A stretch of 63,796 nucleotides of DNA, the filler included, from Collodictyon triciliatum (taxonomy: Eukaryota): the NCBI GenBank assembly GCA_043381765.1. It is 6 parts of 6 records of this genome, joined end to end, with 100 filler letters (N's around TTAATTAATTAA, not from the genome) between each part and the next. Parts side by side here need not be neighbours in the genome. Positions count along the whole stretch, not along the records: positions 56,507 to 62,618 come from JBHJMP010000778.1; positions 62,719 to 63,796 come from JBHJMP010000954.1; 4 more parts are not named here. The stretch is one strand, 5' to 3'. This document shows, piece by piece, positions 56,801-63,796 of the stretch (position 1 is its first letter; every line of letters starts with the position of its first letter). The notes beneath the pieces were generated by a model that did no database searches, had not been told where the DNA came from, and saw only the letters and a list, made by a program, of their open reading frames with translations. Position numbers and translations under genes: made by a program.

Positions 56801-59800
56801 CTTAATGAAAAGGTTGCCCTATTTCAGAGAAAGTTTGTCAAGGAGGTTCGCAGGTGGGACGAGGCCGAAAGGAAAATACGCTACTTTGAGGACGAATTGA
56901 AACACCACGCAAAAAGGTATCCTGTAGATGACACGTTCTTTTTGAAAGAGAGCTTGTCATGTGCCGCCGCTTTACGCAGCACCCCGATGCACAGAGAAGC
57001 TCTCGATGAAATGGAAGGAATGATGGATGGAATTGAGAAAGAGCTTCAAATATGCCATTCTAATGAACAATCTTTGTGGGTGTCGATCCGAAAGGCCAAA
57101 GAGTTCCTTCATGTGCTGGACAAAGAAAAAGTATTTTTTGAGGATGTAAGTAATTCATTCGTTTATTTCAAATTACCGCTTATTTTTTTTAAAATTCTTT
57201 ATCAAAGCATATCATCAACTGAGCCACGAAAATCCCACAAATTACGCCTCATTTTCAAGCTATTTTATCAATATTTCCTAACTCATTCCTTCATTCCTTT
57301 TTCTCATTTTTAATACTGGCTTAATCTTCATTGACCATTTTCCGTTTCTCCTTCGATAATCTTTAGGAGTCGCATCTGACTCGAAGAATTGAGGCAGATA
57401 TTGAAGAGCAAAGAAGCTTAGAATTCAAAGAGGATGGATTCCTTAGCTTGATGCGTACTTCGATGGATGCATCAAACCCTATTGACGACTTTTCAAACGC
57501 TGTTTTCCAAGACCCCAACTCGCGTTTGAAGTAATTTTTCTCTATCTTGATATAAATATTATTTAATTGCAAGTGCATCTGAATCGAATAAAGGAATTTT
57601 TTTTTAATGGTATGTGCATCTTGAGTTTACGCACAACTAATATTTTTATGCGAACTTTTTTAAGAAGTCCATTACATCTTATTACATTCTATTAAGTGCA
57701 TTAATATTATTATTATTATTGCATCAAGGACTGTCGCTGGTGTAATCATTCGAGAAAATGTTGATAACCTTTGTCGGTTGCTCTGGAGGTCTAGTAGAGG
57801 AAATATCTACATTCGTACTTCAGATATAGATGAGCCTATTTACGATGTGAAAGAGGTGATTTTGTCAACCACTCAACCTATGTTTCCATAAGAAATATTA
57901 AAATTACAAAAAAAAAGTATGAAAAAGGAAAGGTATCATAATCGTTATTAAAATCATATATTCAATAACCAGGATTCTCACATATCAAAGACAGCCTTCA
58001 TTGTTTTTGTCCAAGGAAATATATTACAGTCTAAAGTGACAAATATTTGTACATCGTTACAAGCATCCCTTTATGAATGTCCGATGTCAGCCCAGGAGCG
58101 GAGATTGCTTCGAGATGCCATCGCCAGCCAACTAAAAGATTTGCAAATAGTTTGTTTTGCTATCCCTTTTTCCCTGGAAAACTTTCTCACTTCATTCTAA
58201 CAAATCAACATAAAAAAGAATTTTGATTGATTCATTCAATTGAATCTACAATTTTTTACACAGTGCCTGCACTATGGTCATATCATACATTCAATGGTCA
58301 ATTTAATGTTACAATTATATGCAAAATTCTAGACTTTGGGCCAAACTATCGATAGAAGGCGATTTACGCTGACTAAGAACATCGAAATGCTGTCAATATG
58401 GAAGATAATTGTCTCCAGAGTACTAAAATTATAAATGCCCAGCTTACTTCATATCTTGATTGTATTTTTTTGAAGCCATATTATGTTTTTGTTTGTTTGT
58501 TTGTTTGTTTGTTTGTTTGTTTGTTTGTTTGTTTGTTTGTTTGTTTGTTTGTTTGTTTGTTTGTTTGTTTGTTTGTTTGTTTNNNNNNNNNNNNNNNNNN
58601 NNNNNNNNNNNNNNNNNNNNNNNNNNNNNNNNNNNNNNNNNNNNNNNNNNNNNNNNNNNNNNNNNNNNNNNNNNNNNNNNNNGTTTGTTTGTTTGTTTGT
58701 TTGTTTGTTTGTTTGTTTGTTTGTTTGTTTGTTTGTTTGTTTGTTTGTTTGTTTGTTTGTTTGTTTGTTTGTTTGTTTGTTTGTTTGTTTGTTTGTTTGT
58801 TTGCTTGCTTGTTTCTTTGTCCCTCATCAAAAATAATATTAGGAAAAAATGATTTATCACGTAATGAACATGACGAGGAGTGACGTAGCAAAGATGTATT
58901 TGGTGGCTGAAGCCTGGTGTCCAGCCACTACAATACCAAATATTATGTTTGCTCTACGAAAAGGAACAGTATACTTTTTATTCTTATTCTCTTTCTTTTT
59001 ATAACTGTTATTTTTATTTTTATATTTTCCCTCATTGATTTAATAGAACATTTTAATGACCTTTAAAGATAAAAATATTTGTAGTGATTCTAAATATGCT
59101 TATATTCTCATTATGAAAAGGAGCGGCGCAGTTCCAATATCCCTTCGATTATGAATCCTATATCACCAACATCAAAACCACCAACGTATTACAAACTCAA
59201 TGCACTTAGTGGTCCTTTCCAAGCCATGGTCGATGCTTACGGAGTGGCCAGTTTTGGAGAAATAAACCCAGGTATGTAAATTTGTATTTCAAAAATCTTT
59301 TAGTTTGATGCAAAAAACAAAAAAAAAACAAAAACAAAAAAAAAAAGATATGAGCACCATAACTAATTACATATCATTCTTTTGACTTACTGATGTTATG
59401 AAAAGAATTATACATTGATAAATGCGCTTTGAAACTTTCTATGAAGCACCCTTTTCGGTGGTCACATTCCCATTTTTGTTTGCTCTGATGTTCGGAGATG
59501 TTGGCCACGGATTTCTGCTTTTCTTTTATGCAATATATTTGATTCGGAAACATAAAGTAGAGAGTCAGCTAGAAGGGGTAGGAATAAACATAAGAAAACA
59601 TGGGAAAAATTTATCATTATACCATTTTTTCACAGTCCAAGAAATCACATGATATGTATGTGTAATCTTAAATTATAAACACACCATCATCAACTGGAAT
59701 GCGGTACGTGACATACTAGGTATACAAATCCCTAGCCGAAGCTCGCTACATGATTTTACTGATGGGATTTTTTTCTATTTACACGGGCATGATTTATGGC

Positions 59801-61898
59801 GAGTTCTTTTCGATTCCCTTCAAAGCATTTTCATCAATGTGGGAGCTCACAGAATTCAAAGAATACAAGCGAATAACCGGAAATGTCTATCCCTTTGGTA
59901 TTGACCCTGTTAGTTTTTATTCAGTCATACGATTCACACAATTTCTTATCAGCCAAGAAAAAAAATAAGAAAAGAAAAGGAAAGAAAAAGAAAAAGAAAA
60001 AGAAAAAGAAAAAGAAAAAGAAAAAGAAAAAGAAAAAGAAAAAGAAAAAGAAAAAGAAAAAGAAAAAGAAAACAAACCACAGCTAGAGGCATGAGAAAAT
60101 CCATAATGTAAACGACATATTTAAGAATTTGATTTATATTTATTTACTACTTACTATTACTGCTATTGCATGTACAATTCCTTGATATTTTACATGCTCA
60201 TTCTTTTAAATCACAGGTTTGGATAGAAAGTGTAAACATGTTAGACTTTTTCAATTCTGTTAAGATGAAGCTGTCAATTGTGTTTGGTGTCATGCAGGTA
60301 TTTTTTTTAATGCCTATGTTTTGAAATAAAAGGAAAATTAAGAAAAATGCAATTTTTTTTATTCATATTTATGAAAGCATTTCAATATTTCTGAATCAAA
60401 GTTCATGCAATACATATTTTAAAAAAACCTAATAGATGATTCTTGGACTTTTCTTAAGCATGTTAAATCACATCCATTTCGGAAGGAGACTGAACATCTA
60501 TGTGGAGTTTATACCCCAGATTTTATTTATGACGTCAATTTTTGGATATATGGTCTTTCTAATATTTTACAAGTGGTCCATCGACTGGACTGGAAGAGAG
60601 TCGCACGCACCATCGTTGATAAATACTATGATAGATATGTTCTTGCAGCCCGGTATAATCAGCGCACCTTTGTACTATGGTCAAGTAATTCTTTTTATGA
60701 TTTTTTTACATTAGGATTAGCTGTTAAAGACATGACTAATATACTTTCAATCGCAGTTTTAAGTCATGCTTTATGCCCGATTCAAGTCAACAAAGTTAAC
60801 TGTCAGAGTTAGGGGAAATGAGAATCAATATTAATCCATTTGCAGGCATATATCCAGGTTGCTCTCTTGATTATCTCATGCATGTGCATACCTGTTCTGT
60901 TGCTGGGCAAACCACTTGTGCAAAGAGCCGAGATGAACAGTAAACGGTTCAATACAGAAGGAGAAAAAGAGAATGACGAGAAGGTCTCTGATTTTATAGC
61001 TTCTATCATCACTATCTATTGTTGATTTCCCTCCAAGAATTATCAAGTCATTCCATTCCGGCTAAAATGGGTTTGTTTAGGACAAAACTCTTTACAACTT
61101 TTGGGACGATATGACTCACCAAACAATACATACCATCGAATTTGTTCTCGGTGCAATTTCCAATACAGCATCATATTTGCGTATTTGGGCACTTTCACTC
61201 GCGCATTCAGGTCGCAATTTTTTTTAAAGCTTTTCCTTTACAGCCATCTCTACATACACACATATTTCGCGTCATAAGCATACACTTTTCTTTTTTATTT
61301 CGTGAATACTAACGTTCCTGTTCGTTGGTTCGAAGTGGTAATTTCCATGACCCTAGTTTTCATTTAATGATTATATGACTCTTCGCAGAGCTTTCCAAGG
61401 TGTTTTGGGAGCAAATAATGGAGGTGTGTTGGCAAACCAAAGACCCGGCAATTATAACAGTCGGTTTCATCGTATGGTTGTTTGCGACTATCGGCATCTT
61501 GATGGGGATGGAGAGCCTGTCTGCATTTTTACATGCCCTTCGCCTTCACTGGTAATACCCACTTTTTTTTTCAGATATGCATTTTTGATGGAGGAATCCA
61601 TTTAAATCTTTGGAGACTATGATTTATTTATTTCATCGCCGAAATATTTTTTTTAATAGCTTTCGTCTCCACGTTATTTTCTCCAGCGGTTTCTTTTCGC
61701 TCGTTCCTTTATTGTTTACTTTAATTTTTTTTTTTATGTATCTTCAACAAGCTGGCGTGATTGACACTGATTACAAGCTATCGATAATGTCTCTTTCATC
61801 TCAGGGTTGAGTTCCAGAACAAATTCTATGTTGGTGACGGAGTTTTATTCGCACCAACAACTTTTTCCGATGCAAACAAGTCTTCCTCTGCGTTGTGA
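56801..61898 (+). CDS. ATP6V0A: V-type proton ATPase V0 subunit a (5' truncated)
   Basis: [32 protein letters not shown]...[79 protein letters not shown] (essential Arg present), [15 protein letters not shown]. Ends with TGA. Confidence 0.96.
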
Positions 61899-62558
61899 AC
61901 GCACACCGACAGAGTGCGGAAAAGCGCACTCCCTTCCAGACTCCGGTGTGAACATGCTATTTTTGAAATAAATTAGATGATGACATATGTAGACATTTTC
62001 ACTAGTAATTCGATTAAATATTCTATTTTAGGTTTATTGGTAGTTTTATGTTTTGTGCGAAGCGAGTGCGTGTGCCGTATTTGAACACATGTCAAACTGA
62101 GTCCTGTCGTACTATACCTTTTTTTTTTTTTTATTAACCTATGTGTGTCTGCAAAGTTAATCCAACACCGTCAGCCGCAATCTGCTGCGAAAGTCTGTGA
62201 TTCATATCGAGTGTCTACGTGAAGCTCTTGACCTTCGCATGATTGGTCGAAACCCTGAGAAAACACTGTCTCTTCTTTTCCTTTTCCTTTTCCATTTGTA
62301 TTTTTTTTTTGTTGTTGTTATGTTTCGTTTTTTAGAACACGATGCGTACCTTCTGGTCTTTCCTGGGACTTTCACTCCTTCTGGGCAGCGTTTGTTGGGC
62401 TCAAAATGGTCAAAGTAAGATTAAACTTATAAGCCTCACATATCTAACTTGAACTCTTTTGTACATACTCTTTTGTCCAATCCACTAGAGTTCGAGCCAA
62501 AACACATTTTTTTGAAAGGGGGAAAAAAAAGAGAAAAAAAAAGAGAAAAAAAAAAGAG

Positions 62559-62618
<60 letters not shown>

Positions 62619-62718
62619 NNNNNNNNNNNNNNNNNNNNNNNNNNNNNNNNNNNNNNNNNNNNTTAATTAATTAANNNNNNNNNNNNNNNNNNNNNNNNNN
62701 NNNNNNNNNNNNNNNNNN
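62619..62718. other. Artificial contig spacer
   Basis: N44-TTAATTAATTAA-N44. Confidence 0.97.
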
Positions 62719-62970
62719 ACGTGAAACGTTTTGAATCTACTTTAAATTAAATGTTGATTACTTTCGGCCACCCTCTTTAATTTATCCCTGCTCTGTCCTC
62801 GTAATTTTTTTTGGAAGGATATTTTTTATATGTGAATTGATACATTTCCTTTCGTAATGCTTACATTATATTTTGGTGTATCGCCCCTAATTCATGATTC
62901 TTTCAATATGCATGTAACATAATGCGAAGATAATGCATGTTGCTTCATGCCTCCTTGACTTGTAAATTAG

Positions 62971-63530
62971 ATATGGAACAGCCGTTCCTGTCCATGGGCG
63001 CGACCCGACAAAGTTTCAACACCAGGTGAATTTGATGAAAGATATACTTTTGTTTTGCTTTTGATTCAAACCCGGGTTGCGGTGATTGTAAAGAAACATA
63101 TAGTAATCCCGCTTGGAAACATTTATACACTATTCATTATTAACTATTCGCAATATATAAATACATATTTTTGAATCGTTTCAAACACTTTCTCTTACCT
63201 CCTCAGGGTTATGGAACTCTGCTGATGGAGGAAGCCGAGAGAATCGCGCGAGAGGAACACGGTTCAGAAAAGTTGGCTGTGATTGCAGGTTTCTCTCTCA
63301 AGCGCATCCTATCTCCTTATTTAGTGTGTGCATACAGGAGAAAAAAAAGTAAAAGGGGAATATTCATAGAGAGAAAGGAAATATATGTGATTAAGAGGGG
63401 CAAAAAGGACTATGAAACACCTGAACTAATCGGCTTTTGGTGTTAAATAAAAGGTGTGGGTACGCGCCATTATTACGCAAAACTTGGGTACAAATTGGAC
63501 GGCCCGTACATGTCGAAGGTTCTCGTCTGA
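62971..63530 (+). CDS. ELP3: Elongator complex protein 3, C-terminal KAT/GNAT exons (5' truncated)
   Basis: [73 protein letters not shown]. Confidence 0.95.
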
Positions 63531-63723
63531 GGCGACATCGAAACGAAATAAAATAAAGGGAAGAAAAACATGACATCGGGTCTTCGAGGATATGGTCTCG
63601 GAAAAAGTGATTGGGCGCTATTGTGTTGCATTCCTATTTTTTTTTTTCCTTTTTGTTACTTTTCTATTTCTATTTGTCCCTTTTTTTTCTGTGTGTTTTT
63701 CTTACTTTTTCATTACATTTTAC

Positions 63724-63775
<52 letters not shown>

Positions 63776-63796
63776 TTTTTTTTTTTTTTTGTTTTT

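Overview
Eukaryotic, intron-dense, AT-rich DNA of protist type using the standard genetic code (TAA, TAG and TGA all end genes). The window is six separate contigs joined by artificial N44-TTAATTAATTAA-N44 spacers, so adjacency across a spacer means nothing. Contig 1 (1-10333): 5' half of a membrane nucleotidyl-cyclase-like gene, a small unknown gene, and a head-to-head pair of sterol genes (CYP51 and an SMO/ERG25-type C-4 methylsterol oxidase) with a phased GTGTGAT array between them. Contig 2 (10434-26309): LRR protein with two duplicated LRR modules, a ~26-bp minisatellite ending just upstream of tRNA-Cys(GCA), TMX2, and an apparently full-length paralogue of the cyclase-like gene whose two class III domains seem to lack the metal-binding aspartates. 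Contig 3 (26410-34568): an unknown low-complexity/coiled-coil gene that splices in frame into an NADP-isocitrate dehydrogenase with no start codon of its own (fusion or mis-join), plus a small LRR gene. Contig 4 (34669-56406): a giant single-pass Cys-repeat (GCC2/GCC3-like) membrane protein with an 8.45-kb exon and a long coiled-coil tail. Contig 5: V-ATPase V0 subunit a. Contig 6: 3' end of ELP3. All gene models were spliced by eye, so boundaries in non-conserved regions are approximate. No database search was run and the organism was not identified.
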